A DNA stretch of 61,455 bases, the filler included, from Choristocarpus tenellus KU-1152 (lineage: Eukaryota; Protista; Phaeophyceae): the NCBI GenBank assembly GCA_964200185.2. It is 12 parts of 12 records of this genome, joined end to end, with 100 filler letters (N's around TTAATTAATTAA, not from the genome) between each part and the next. Parts side by side here need not be neighbours in the genome. Positions count along the whole stretch, not along the records: positions 36,048 to 49,850 come from CAXNAD020001363.1; positions 49,951 to 52,763 come from CAXNAD020024532.1; positions 52,864 to 55,464 come from CAXNAD020026377.1; 9 more parts are not named here. One strand, given 5' to 3'. Below are positions 40,201 through 52,977 of this stretch, one piece after another (within the stretch, counting starts at the first letter, position 1; each line of letters starts with the position of its first letter). Made by a program: the position numbers and the translations under genes. The notes beneath the pieces were generated by a model. It saw nothing but the letters and a program-made list of their open reading frames with translations. It searched no databases and was not told the DNA's origin.

Positions 40201-43200
40201 TCACTGTTGAGTGTTATCATTAATAATACTAGTGCTCAGTTGGTGCTTAGCAATCAACGTGAGATGTATATTAATCCAAACACTTGAGTTTTATTGCATT
40301 TTGCTAGACCCTACTAGAACGACAAAAGGGAAAGGGAAGGAGAGGGGAAAGCACACCCATGATAGGCATTTCATTTAATATCACATATACATGTGTTTAG
40401 CAATGATATATCTTCCCGAATTGCACCAGGCGCAACTTGATGTGTAGACAGACCATCATTTCATTACTTTATGTGCTGGTGTGGAATGATCGATCCACCT
40501 TAGCAAGTTTGCACTTTTTTTTCATGACTACACTGAAATCTCCTTTCCTCTAATGAAAAATTGGAGCTTATGGATGCAATGACAGCGACCACCTTGGATA
40601 TATTCGGGAATAATCCTCTATATCTGTATTTTGGAAAGGTATCTGACTTAGAGGGGCAATGTAGATATTTTCTCCAACTTGGAATTAAGAAAATAGTGTT
40701 CTGTCATCAAAGAGAATGTGGCGGCAACATTACAATTTGTTGTCTCCCCTGACACAAACGGACTGGAGCTAATTTCTCACCTTTTTGGGCTTCTTGATCA
40801 TTAGATCCGCAGCCCACTTCATGAATCCATCAGAGTTTTCATCTTCACCGAGGTTCGGGGGTGGAGACTGTACAAGTAGTCAGAGGACGTTTAGGATGAC
40901 ATCACTGCAGTCAGGTTGTATCAGCTACAAGTCCTGAAGCAAGTATGTGTGGAATATTGCCAGAGGATGAAATCTTTGAAATTTAGACAACCTTCCAAGG
41001 GAAAAACATATTTTCTTTGGGAGTCTTGGGATCGCTCGATAGTCCCTACTTGAGAAGATAGTGTGGATAAATCTGACTTGTCAATCAGCAATAAGTCTTG
41101 ACCAACCACTCAAGTGTAGGAGAGTAGTGTATGCATAATGCACAGGACAATTGAATCGTTAGCTCTGCGGGGGAGTGAAGAAAGGATGCCTGCATTACCC
41201 CCTGAATCATATCTCCCCAGAATAGTACTGTTTGCTTCATGTATAACACCACAGCAACTTTCAAATTTGAGATGGAATTGATACGTTTTTGTGGAGTAAA
41301 TGTGGGTGTACGTTTTCACCATCGTCATATCAAAGGCGACAAGTACCACCTAAGTGTCACACCCTGTAGCAGACACTGTGGAGATGAGTCAATAGTCTCA
41401 AAAACCTATTGTGTGGAATCTTTGGTTTGGTTGTTACTAAAGATCAAGGATTGTTTTTTCCTCGACTCTTCTCCTGTTGCAGTGCCTTCAGGAAGTTTCT
41501 ACGCCCTAATCCCCACCTGGGATGGAGCAATCAATGCCCCAGTATCACAGATTCTCTCTGTGCTGTTTTCCTCGGTCCTATATGCCAAAATCTTCTTCTC
41601 TTGCTCAGTCATGTTGTATCCACTGTTGTCATACACACCAGGTAGAAACTGGGACAGGGATGTAGAGGTGTGAGTCCAGTAGACCAAAACAAACTCCTTG
41701 CAATGGATGTGGAGGTTGTGGGAGAGAACTCCTGATGGCCTGTTTCAGACACCCAGGTCTTGAGCTGTACTTGGTAGTACAAAGGGTAAATTTTGACCAC
41801 AACACTTGGATATATGGACATTGAGCCAAGTAAACGAGCGGTACCTAGGTTTTGGCCATCTAGTATTTCAACCAAGTTTTCAATCTATTGCAATTCACCC
41901 AACTTTCTTAGGATAAAGTACTAAGTTTGACCTGAGTGAGGATAGATTTCTCTATTGTTTACATATTTTCAACAGAATTAGGGAAACATTCTGTATGAAT
42001 TTGACAAAAAAACGAATTTTGGACACATTTGTCAGCATCCTTAGAATCCAATTATGGATACCTCTCGTTTACTTTGACTCATTAGTCGTTTCGAGCTATT
42101 AATATTCTCTCTTTCAATCAGAACAAAGCAGAGCATCTAATCTGCTAAATTTTCAACCCTCCCAATGTTGAGATGTGGATTCGTTATACCTATTTTGAGT
42201 GCTACTTTCTACTGAGTACTAACCACTCTCAGAATACGGTACTTCACAGTCCATACTACTGTATGAAATACTTAGTTGCGATGTACAAGCAAAACAAAAA
42301 AATACTAGCATAGATACTTACACCCCTCCCATGCAGTTTTCCAAATGCTGTGAGTACTCAGCATATTGTGTTCAGTACACAGACACCTGCTCACATCAGG
42401 GGTTGGGAGAAAGACACCGAATTTTTTCCATTCTTCCTTAGGAGTGTTGTCCACACCCAGGTTCTCAGTGCCATCACTAGACTTTGGGCAGGGTTTTAAG
42501 CGCACCTGTGTGGCACATTTTATTTCCCATGTCCAAGACATCAAAGATGCAAAGGCTTGTGTTTGGAATAGGCCAGGGCTTCATTTTAAAGCATCATTAA
42601 TATCTGATGAAGTGATGATATTTCATCATTGAAGAGTGGTTACTTTTAGGTTTGCAGCGAAGCAAACCTTTGCAATCCTCAGTTCAATGGAAATGCTAAG
42701 ACAGATATGAACCTGAAATAGTACAGGCAACAGTACCAGCTATATTGCATACCAGCAAACTGGCACATGGTACCCTCGGAAATCCGTCCAAACTGCTCCC
42801 TGTCAGTTTCTTGACATCCGGAGGAGGTTTCTGATAGAGGGGAATCTGCACAGGCACGGTTGATGAAATGTCAGTTGTTTTTCTTCAGATTGGTACTATG
42901 GTTGGCAGGAGGAACAAGAGTCATTGCATAGTTTCAAGCTGTACTCCGTAACAAACCATTTCTTCAAGCCTTTAGTGAGTGTACAAAATACTGTAGTCTT
43001 TGCTCAGGTTGAGGACGATCTGATGTGATGGGTTTTGTGATGTTGTTGTGCTGTGAAGTTATTGGAGTACTTTGTTTATGAGTGCAAGTAAGGGGGGCTG
43101 GATGAACACAAAATAAGATGATATGATATTGAAGTAAATTTGAGCATCAAACGACTATCGATCTTCAACAATTCGTTTCGCTGGTTTGGCTTGTGCTGTG

Positions 43201-46200
43201 AAATATTTAGAGCTACAGGTATGGTTTGATGCAGATGGTGCCATTGGGGGCGGAGGTGCAACTGAGTATTCCGACCAAACCCTGCCTTAGTGAGGGGTAC
43301 ATCATTTGGGGTGGGCAAGCACACGTATACAGAGTACTTCAAAGTACATAGCAGAACAAAGCCCCCCAAGTTCCTGAAAGGATGCACAACACAAGTGCAT
43401 TGATGTTGTGACGAGCACTGTCACGGGAAATTCAAGTCAGCCCAGTATTCACGAAAAGGATGGTGATAGAGGACAGTGAAGTCGGCTGAAGTTCAGATGT
43501 TGATAAAGCAGCATCAATATAGGGCCGGGTGTCCTGAAGAAGAAAGAATTGAAGGCAGAGCATGAGCATAATTATTTTACCGAAATTTCACTCTCATAGT
43601 TACTGTCTTCAAGAGTGAGGGTATGGAGAGTAGAGAGTACCATGACTACTGATATGATAATGGCGTAATGTGTTGCATTTTTTATATTAATAGAATTTGA
43701 TCTTCAGGACAGTGTGCGTGTTGGAGAAATATCTGAAGGGTGTTGTGAGGTAAATTTTACTGTTACCGATTCTGATAGATTACTGTTATATCATATGGCG
43801 CATTGGTTTGACCATGAGTATGCGGCCTTGCAGTTTTCAAGCTAAAGTTTGTAATCTCTTCAGCTTACTAAATGTTGGGCTGTAGCAGATGGGAGATGGG
43901 AAAAAGGCTACATTTAGCGACTACTACCATCATCAAAACGCGGTGACTGGGATGGTGTAATAATGACATTTGAAGGGACAAGAGGGGAACAAAGCGATAA
44001 GCAGTCCTACCTGGAAGTTTCCTTCGTTGAGAAACACACCGTTGGCTTTGGCGCTGGTGGGCTATATTTCCCGAATAAAAGAAGATTTATCCATCATGAA
44101 GAACCAAAAAAAGAAGATAAAAGCAACCCAGGGGGTAGTATTTCCATTGAGGGCAGCGGGTCAGGGGGGGAGAGTATGAAGGAAGGCTAAAATATGAATC
44201 AGAGTTGCTACATCATCTTGATAGCAACATTCAGTCTGCCACAACGTAGGCAGCATTCAAGAACGATTCCCATTATTTCATTAAAGTGTAGAAAAACTGG
44301 GAGTGAAAGTATCTTAGGGTTAGGTACGATTTCTGCCCTGTTTGTCCGTTTGGGACTTGGCTTCCCAGGGGATCTTTTCATTATATTTGACCTACTTCGA
44401 AATATTTTGGAGTAGGTAAAATGTTAATGTTATAAAAAGTTCTGCCTGGAACGAGTGAAAGTATCTTAGGGTTAGGGTATGAGTTTTTCCCTGTTTGTCC
44501 GTTTGGGACTTGGCTTCTCATGGGTTTTCGCGTGACATTTAACCTACTCCAAAATATTTCGGAGGAGGTTAAATGTATACATTATGAAAACGTGTGTCCG
44601 GAACATGGATATTGACGCTTCCTAACAAACACAATACCTAAAATTACATCAAAATCACAACATTAGATTTTGGCCCCCAAATGGACGCGGCTCCACCCTC
44701 TAAGATACTTTGGCTCAAACATGGATATTGACACTTCCTAACAAACACGATAGCAAAAATTACATCCATATCACAACATTGGACTTTGACCCCCAAACGG
44801 ACGCAGCTTTACACTCTAAGATACTTTGACTCTGGGGGTCTGACAATGTAAGCGGAATGACCAGAATATCAGGGCTTTGACTTCAGGATGATGTGATTCA
44901 AAGAGTGAATGCAATTGCGTGTTCTATGGATGATGTGCAAGGTAACTCAACTTGTTGCGGTGAGTTGTTAGTCAGCCCACTGCACACAAAGGCTGCATTG
45001 CGATGGTGAGAGTATATTATATATATATAACTCTGCTTGTTCCGTGAACAATAGGATTCTTACATTTGTGTTTTGCAATAATGCTCAGTGGCTGTCTTTG
45101 AACCGCATCTTGAGAAAGGAACGTAGATTTCAGCATGGTTGGAGAGAATGGATTAAAAATCTCCACGGCTGTTTAGCGGAATCGAAACAGTCTCATTTAT
45201 TTGTGGTTCTCTGGTATTTTTCGGTTTGATTATACACAGGAGAGAATTGGCAAAGCAACGTCACCTGCTTGGCTAAGGCATCCATAAACACAGGTAAGAT
45301 CGCATAGCCAACAATGCCATGCACCTTGGAATGCCGTTCGATTGTCTCAATGCGTATCATGATTGTTGCAGACACATCCAGCATCTGTGCATGGCACAAA
45401 TGTATTCACATGGCCCACAAGGGATTGGAGAAGAGGTGCACGAGAAAGCAAGGGTTGAACTGAGAAGGTTAATGAGGGCTAACATTGTTGCAACATGGAG
45501 CACAACCGGAGAACTGTCCTTTCCAAGACTCTTCCGGAGTGAGATCAAGGAAATCAAACATCATACTTTCAGTGTTTTTCTGTGGAAGCTATAGAAGTGA
45601 TGCAGTGCTTTCGATGGTTTCACAAGGTCTCTTGGCCACATCCTAAATCCTGTTCGGAGCAGAAAATTCTCACACAAACCCCTGTCTTGGGGATTCGTCC
45701 CTGGGGTCCTTTTGATACCAACTTGTTCCAACTACCTCCCTAGAACTCATTCAGCGTTGATCAGATTGTCTTACCTTTCCTTTCTCCGGCCTGAATTCGT
45801 TCCTGAGACTGAACAACGGGGTGGTTGAGGTGCTGAAGGCGTGACTGATTGCCAAGCCTGGATTCTCGCACTGGCTCCACATGTTCACAAGTACAAGGAA
45901 GAGAAGTAAGCCCGATTAAGAAAGTCTGCCCAGGTAAACAACTGAAGGTGAGAGAAATGATACAGCATCAAGAGACTTGTTGAGGGAACAACGAATCTTG
46001 TTCAAGTCCCCTTGGAAGGAGAAAAGCCCTTGCAGGTCTCAAAAACCACCCTAGCCAGACATGGTATCTGACTACCTTTATAGCCCAAGCTGTAGCTACC
46101 ACAAAGATCCTGACCCTGGGCATTTTTATTCCCTGAAAGGGGGTACAACAAACCTGCTCCAATCCATTTTCTCCAAAGGATCTGAGGATCAGCTTCATGA

Positions 46201-49200
46201 CTGTGCAGCTTCTGGGCATGCCCACCCCCTTGTCCACATAAACGTCAAAACCATCGTCCTTTGTGAAAGGCAAGCGACTCATTGTACTCTTACGGCGCCG
46301 AGTCAAGCTTGCTCGCCTACTTGTGGCATTCTGGGCAGCATGAAGTGCCTGCAGTGACTGTGATGATTTTGAACAGCATGTTCAGGGACCGCCTGGAGCA
46401 TATGGTGGGACTGGAGGCTTGATAATATGTGAAGCACTGATTTTGAGGCACTGCAAAGAACTGATGGGAGAAGTATATACTCCCTGGTATATTCTGCATA
46501 CTGTGAAATACTTTAAAGTATCAAATTCGGAGTATATTGCTACAGATTTTGCTACACTCGAGTTACTAGTTGCAGACCATCTAAGAAGCAAAGAGGAGAT
46601 TCGTACACAAATGGTGGAGAAGTTATGTAGAGTGGCTAGTTTGAATTGCCTCTTGAGCATAAACTGGAAGTCCATCCCCCTACCCAGGGCACATTTAAAC
46701 AATCCCCAAGAACGCTTTGTGATAATCATGAAAGGTAGATATCTGAGATGGGTAAAGTTTGCCTCCATGAAAGTCACCGGCTTTCTGGTCCTCATTCTGC
46801 ATTTCGACTCTCGTATTGCTACATCAGTCTTGCTGAAAGGACAACTCCGGGAATGCCATTGCACCCTGGGCCATCCTATCTTAGAGGGGAGTGTCCTTCA
46901 GTGTTTGGGGACCCTATGAAAAACTCCTTTTAGCACTCTGGAGGTTGGGTTTGCACTCATTTGGAGGAATTTTCCTCCTCTCTTCCACAGTCACACCTCC
47001 TAAGGGAGGTTACCTAAATTATAGAAATGGGACAACGGGTTTTTAGACAGAAGGTCTAAGCGCTCAAAGGGTCTAATTTGAACCTCCCCTCAAGAATGGA
47101 TGACTTTCTGATCTCTGCCCGAGCACCAATCTTGGCTACCCAATGATTACGGAGAGAGGGACTAGCAGATCTAGTTTTTGCCCACCTCGTCAGATATGCT
47201 TGACCTCCTAGAGGTTTCCCTGCGTTCCCCTTCCTCTTCACTAGTATCTCGTTTGACTACTGATGGGCTTCTCTGACTTCCATCAACAGCGCTGCAAGAG
47301 TCATTTTTTTTTCTTTCTGTTGTGCTGCTACGCCTTCTACCGCCTTGCACATCCTTGTGATCAGTCTCTTCTGTGGACCCTCTCGAAGTCTCATTTTTTT
47401 TCGTGCTATTCAAATTGAGTTTGAGGGAGAAAGGCAAAGTTGGCTCCAGGGCATGGATGTTGCGGCAATAATTATGAAGAAAGACTATGGGAAAGTGTTA
47501 GGGTAGAGGCAACATTTCCACACCCTGACGATGTGTAGGAGCACTTTTCACAAATCCCCCTAGTCGATCAGCATAATGTAGTAAAGACCCCCCCAGATCC
47601 TGCCCACAAATGGTGTAGTTGTGTGTCGAAATGACGAATTTTCGCGGTTGATGCATGACCTGTGCTAAAAAAAATCCCTATCTTCAGTGCTGCTATTTCC
47701 GGGGTCTAATTCCTTAGGTTCGATCCCTCCCCCTCACTAACTTGGAGGCACTCCATCTATTTAACCAGGATACATATGTAGTACTCCTCCAGCTGTACCA
47801 TATGCATTATGCAAGCAATGCCAAAGGAGACAGAACTCTCATACAAAAGGAAGGGTTGGTGTAGGTAAACAGGATGGAGTATCTCCAGTTCCTAGTGTTG
47901 TAATTCAAAGTGATGAGTCAAAGTATCTTATAGGGTGCAACTGCATCCGTTTGGTGGCCAAAATCCAATGTTGAACGTTTGATGAAATTTTGACTAAGCT
48001 ACAAGTTTGATAGGAAGTGTCAATGACCTTGCTCCAGACACATCTTTTCATAGTATGTACATTTTACCCACTCTGAAACATTTCAGAGGGGGTAAAATGT
48101 CATAAAAACCCGTTGGAATCCAAGTCCCAAATGGACAAACAGGGCAAACCTCGTACCCTCTAAGATACTTTCACTCAATTGAGTATTGGTTGAGTTAGCT
48201 AGAATAATTTCGATCTAGAAAATTATACTTTGAACAGAAAAAATTGAAAAATACCCACACCGCGCGGATTGAGGTGCGAGAAACTCGCTAAGCTCCGTGA
48301 GTACAACTCACAGCTTACACTCAAGAAAAAAAAAAGGCAATAAAAAACCACCCCCTCAAATTTCGACCTCTATTAAGGGCGATTGAATATTCCGATTAAC
48401 AGCACCACATTCTGACCATGGCAATGGGAACAGCGCTGGTTCTTACTCAAGTGTGAGGTAGATGGAGAGTGTATGTTGAATATGACTGAAATGTGATGAT
48501 ATCTTCCTTGAAGATTGACACATAAGTTATTGTGGGCTTTTGGCTTGCATATTTCTGGTAATATTCAGACACCAAACTTGAAGTGTCTTTAACGCCACCT
48601 GCGAGAGACAACATGTCACAAATTCTACCTGTATTTTGTGTACAGTGTTTCTCAAACCCAATATTGCAATGGGTCACACTTGTTTCCTGCTGAAAGTAAT
48701 GGCTGGAGCTATGACACAAGCAAATTACTGCGAATATCTCATTCCATTCACCTGTTTGAACCACTGTGACTTGATAAGTTAGGGCCATACCCTGGGACTT
48801 TGGCCGGTTCAGAACTCCCTCCTGCTGGCCTGGTCAATCTCCCCACCTCTGAGGTATGTCTAGAATTTTTAATGGACATTTCTCGCTTGTGAAGAGCAGC
48901 AGCACGTTTGAGCTTGGCTATGCCCATTATTGCCAGAAGGAATGTTCCTAATGTGTGCATCAGGAGAAGGGAAGAGGAGGGGCGGGGAAGGAGAGAGTGA
49001 TGGGGACAAAAAATTGTCTTGGAGGGGAAGGGACAATGTACTAGTACAGATGCTGTTCAGCCCCATGATGTTCTATGATCAACCAAGAGAAGTCAAACAT
49101 GAATCCGGAGGTTCTGCCTGGTTTATGTTGCTTCTCATCCAGAACAAGAGGGTTAATCTTCAGCGCTATTGATATTTTTTTCACAACCTTGGCTCAATTT

Positions 49201-49666
49201 CACCCTTTGTTGAGTGACCTACACGTGCATCTATCAACATAGCACTCCTCCTCAAAATCGCTTGAAAAGAGAATAGATAGAGTCTACCCCCATTCACCAA
49301 TCTAAATCACAGGCAAAGTAGTAGGTCGGTAAGGTTGATGTTTCTTGCACCAATGACTCTGATATTGCATTGGCATTGCCACCTCCTGTGTCCCCCTCCT
49401 CTCTGTCCACATCTCTTCATCAGGCCCCCATCCTACACTTTGTGTAGAGAGTCTATTTTTGTTCCCTTTAGGTATAATTTTTATTGATTCCTGTATAGCC
49501 AATGTTGGTCTCCATTTCAAAGGTACAAGAATGCCTCTCACCTGTCATTTCTTCCTTCTTCTTTGCACGAGCCATATGCCCTCTTCCATAACTCAGGTAC
49601 AGATGTTGGGTATCAGGATTTACTACAAATGCTGAGGCAGTCTTGACATCCAGGCCGTTCACAACC
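37259..49666 (-). CDS. Multi-exon conserved uncharacterised protein (possibly C2-like beta domains), partial; exons near 49666-49542, 48947-48847, ~47405-47186, 46348-46154, 45870-45775, 45384-45265, 44061-44011, 42845-42753, 42505-42395, 41648-41517, 40866-40781, 40004-39891, 39256-39158, 38778-38686, 37352-37259
   Basis: Chain of GT-AG exons, phase compatible from 46348 downstream: DDGFDVYVDKGVGMPRSCTVMKL; TPLFSLRNEFR; IMIRIETIER..VGYAILPVF; VFLNEGNFQ|IPLY..RVPCASLL|VRL; MIDFSFVEKYYPEVGFSV; YSLILPGLYY; AWGLLPVF. The 47 kb exon acceptor is uncertain, and coordinates may be off by a few bases. Confidence 0.8.
41823..42080 (+). mobile_element. MITE family D complete copy; partial copies ~59380-59575 (+) and ~60644-60810 (-)
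   Basis: GAGCCAAGTAAACGAGCGGTACC / GATACCTCTCGTTTACTTTGACTC; 3-bp TSD ATT. Confidence 0.82.
44301..44832 (+). mobile_element. Nested family A MITEs: inner copy 44453-44716 inside an outer copy
   Basis: Outer halves rejoin into one element; inner flanks GAAC/AAAC; outer TSD TGG. Confidence 0.92.
47915..48176 (-). mobile_element. MITE family A copy
   Basis: Full TIRs; flanks GAT/AAT. Confidence 0.9.
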
Positions 49667-50339
49667 CTAGCAAACAAAAAAACCCCGTAAACTTAGCCTA
49701 ATATATATGTGGAAGAAGAAACTGTTTTGCACTGCAACAGTATATTACAGTAAATATTCCGAAGTGCAAAGACGTTGAAGCGTTGTTCCCTCAAGAATAG
49801 CAGTGGTTCAAAGTATCTGGGGGGGGGGGGTGCCGGCGTCCGTTTGTTACNNNNNNNNNNNNNNNNNNNNNNNNNNNNNNNNNNNNNNNNNNNNTTAATT
49901 AATTAANNNNNNNNNNNNNNNNNNNNNNNNNNNNNNNNNNNNNNNNNNNNAGAGGTTAGGACGGAAGGCGAGAGATCAGCTCCTCAGCAGTGCGAAGTCC
50001 GACGAAGAACGCCAGATTGAGTTCAACGAGTGGCCCCTGGATGAGGTGATGTAGAAGGACTATTTCCATTCCACTTCTTTTTTTTTGAGGACGTTCGGGA
50101 AAGTCTTTTTACACACTTTTGTTGTTTCATGATAAACGTAGATTGGAACATGTCCATTGCTGGATAATCTGTACTCACACACATACATACACAAAGCTAT
50201 TATAAATCGGCTACGTGGATGAGCTAGCAGTTCGGCTCACAGATTGGCTAGGATTTGATCTAGATTCTCGTCTACTAGTACTTGTTGTACACATCAATGT
50301 GGAAACCCTTCAGTCTTGCAATACATACACCATTTGAAG

Positions 50340-50500
50340 TGGTGGGCAGCTGTCCATTTGGGGCTCAATTTCCATGCCATGAATTTTGGGTGAATTTGGT
50401 TGCATGCGTAGGATAGATAATGTAGTGCACATCTCCTGGTCAGGGCCCAAACAGATACCCTGGTGTAGACCCCCTCGCCGCCCCCCAGATGCTTTGAGCC
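50340..50500 (-). mobile_element. MITE family B copy, one end eroded
   Basis: Reverse complement of the 51620-51798 interior; ends CCCCCCAGATGCTTTGAGCC. Confidence 0.85.
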
Positions 50501-51500
50501 CGTAGTTGCAGTACCACCATCTACAACTTGTTTGGCTACCGCCATAGCCACTGCACATCCAGGACAATTTTGAACTTTGTGTCCAGGTCCGCTACAAATG
50601 TAGCAGGTACCAGAAATTTTTAATGCTACAGATGCGGAAACAGGCGGACAAACAGACATGCTGTGCGGTCCACCGCACTTGAGGCATTTTACACCTTGAC
50701 CATATTGTCCAGCTGATGTTGCAGAATGCGATTCATTGTTCATGGTCGAGCTTCCACTAGCCGTTAGTGCTCCATTGTGAATCTTATTACCGCCGTTCCC
50801 CAACCTCTTGTTCAACCTGTATGTTTCGCAGACCCTCTTGTGGAGTTCAAGCCAAGCAGTTCGTCCTACATCAGAGATCTGGCGAATCTCAATCATACAC
50901 TCCACTCCAAAACAGTTGTGTATAGCTGTCAACTGTTCTTCTTCGCCAGGTTCCACACCAAGACTCTGCATGTTCTTCACCAATTTCTCCATTTGCATGA
51001 TAACTTCTGCAGGATCCTCCCCAAATGGTAGACGTAGTTCATGAATCTTGGTTCTCAAGATCGCTCGCCCGTGATCCCATCTCTTGCGAATCGATCACTT
51101 ACGGCCTGGAAAACCTTCTCAGGGGCTGTCGCGATTTTCAACAATTTCGAGTGCAAGTCCATCTACACTCATAACCAGTCCGACCAATGCCATGCTTGCT
51201 TCTTGGATTTCCCAGCGTGTCCACTTTGATGTGTCACTTCCCACCAGGCCCACCCTGATGTGGTTATGAGTAAGTAGAGCATCCTTCCACCCACCCATGG
51301 CAGCACAAGTTGAGAGTCTTTTCTCGTACTTAGGAAATCGCTCTCCATCATCATCACCGTTCTACACCACAAACTCGGGGGGAAGTGGGATGAGGTGCCT
51401 CAAGTCCACTCCCGCAGTCCTTCTTGAAGACGCGATACCCCTCATCGCTGGCTCTTCCTAATGATAGAAGTCCTCGGCTTCCACCACAAATCTTCTTCCT
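50501..51500 (-). mobile_element. Copia-type gag fragment
   Basis: GEDPAEVIMQMEKLVKNMQSLG gag helix pattern; two knuckles CLKCGGPHSMSVC and CYICSGPGHKVQNC; cut by a family B MITE. Confidence 0.82.
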
Positions 51501-51619
51501 CCATATTCACGTTACCGACGGCAGACGCCATCGGGACTCCATCTATCCCTTCTATTACTACCTTGAGATGTCAGCACACTATAAAGTATCCTACCTTGCA
51601 TGTTAAAGAATGTGTAGGA

Positions 51620-51798
51620 GACCCAAAGTATCTGTGGGGGAGGGGGGTGACTACACCAGGGTGTCCATTTGGACCAAAATCAGGAAAGTGCATTTACATC
51701 ATCCATCCGACGTATGCAACCAAATCACACAAAAATCGAGACATAAAAAAATTGACCCCAAATTGCACAGCCGCTACCCCCCCCAGATACTTCGAGCC
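51620..51798 (+). mobile_element. MITE family B complete copy (~180 bp, poly-G TIRs)
   Basis: GACCCAAAGTATCTGTGGGG...CCCCAGATACTTCGAGCC; perfect 4-bp TSD AGGA. Confidence 0.9.
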
Positions 51799-52488
51799 AG
51801 GATCGCAACTCTTGATATTGAAATATGTAGATTAATCCCTTCTCAGTTATGTTGTAGCAAGTAGAAAGTTGGAGTGAGAAGCATCAACCAAGTGGTGCAG
51901 GGGATGAAAATTTCTTATGGTACTATAAAAACCTGAATAATGTTCTCTTGGTCACTCAATAGAGAGATTACTATCAATTTCCCGTTATCCAAACTGATTG
52001 TTTCACATGAATTAAAAGCATAATATTGACAGCATGTAAAGCAACTGTCACGAGTGAGTATTTTGTAGAAGTACTAGTAACAGCAGTAGTAGTTTGAGTA
52101 GAAAAGAACTACTACAGGTATAGTTCTATTACGGATGAAGAATGAGATACCTGCTAGAAATTAACAGTTTAGTTTACTCCCTGTGTAAATGGAAGCACGG
52201 TAGCACTTGAAGTATTATTGTGTGCACAAGGGTAAAAAATAATGAAATTCTCAACTTTGTCATCATTACAATCACGTTTCTTGCCACCACCGTCAAGTTC
52301 AATAAATCTCTGTATCTTTTCTAACTCAACTCTCTTGCTGACGGTCTTATCCATCCTCATACTTGCACGAGACCGCGACAACTATAGGCACAGTTGGGTC
52401 GAACACGCGTCCTCCACAATTTCTGGTACGCAATATCCCCCATTCAGTTCGTGAAGATCCAGAAAGGAAGGGAGAACATGTAGATAAT

Positions 52489-52749
52489 GAGCCAAAGTAC
52501 CTTAGAGGGTAGGGCCGCGTCCATTTGGGGATCAAAATCTAAGGTCCCTATTTGGATGAAATTTTTCCTGTTGTGTTTTGTTTGGAAGTGTCAATATCCT
52601 TGTTCCAGACACACCTTTTCATAACACATACACACTTTACCTACTCTGAAATATTTTTGAGTAGGTATTTGTCACAAAAAAAACATGGGAGGCTAAGCCC
52701 CAAATGGACAAACAGGGCAAACCTCGTACCCTCTAAGATACTTTCCCTC
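52489..52749 (-). mobile_element. MITE family A copy
   Basis: Full TIRs; 3-bp TSD AAT. Confidence 0.9.
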
Positions 52750-52863
52750 AATAGTATGTGTCANNNNNNNNNNNNNNNNNNNNNNNNNNNNNNNNNNNNN
52801 NNNNNNNTTAATTAATTAANNNNNNNNNNNNNNNNNNNNNNNNNNNNNNNNNNNNNNNNNNNN

Positions 52864-52977
52864 GACAGTGTGGAGTACAGAGTAGGACAGTGTGGAGTAC
52901 AGAGTAGGACAGTGTGGAGTACAGAATAGGACAGTGTGGAGTACAGAATAGGACAGTGTGGAGTACAGAATAGGACA
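52864..52977. repeat. 22-bp tandem repeat GACAGTGTGGAGTACAGA(A/G)TAG x5, truncated at contig start
   Basis: Directly visible; no spacers. Confidence 0.95.

Noticed and set aside
43440-43535. Alternative exon PTSLSSITILFVNTG in the long minus-strand gene
   Set aside because: Runs into a stop without a donor; exon 44061-44011 fits properly.
50294-50500. C-terminal extension of the 254-aa gag ORF
   Set aside because: Read-through into an inserted family B MITE.
52864-52977. CRISPR-like array
   Set aside because: Head-to-tail repeats with no spacers and no cas genes; eukaryotic context.
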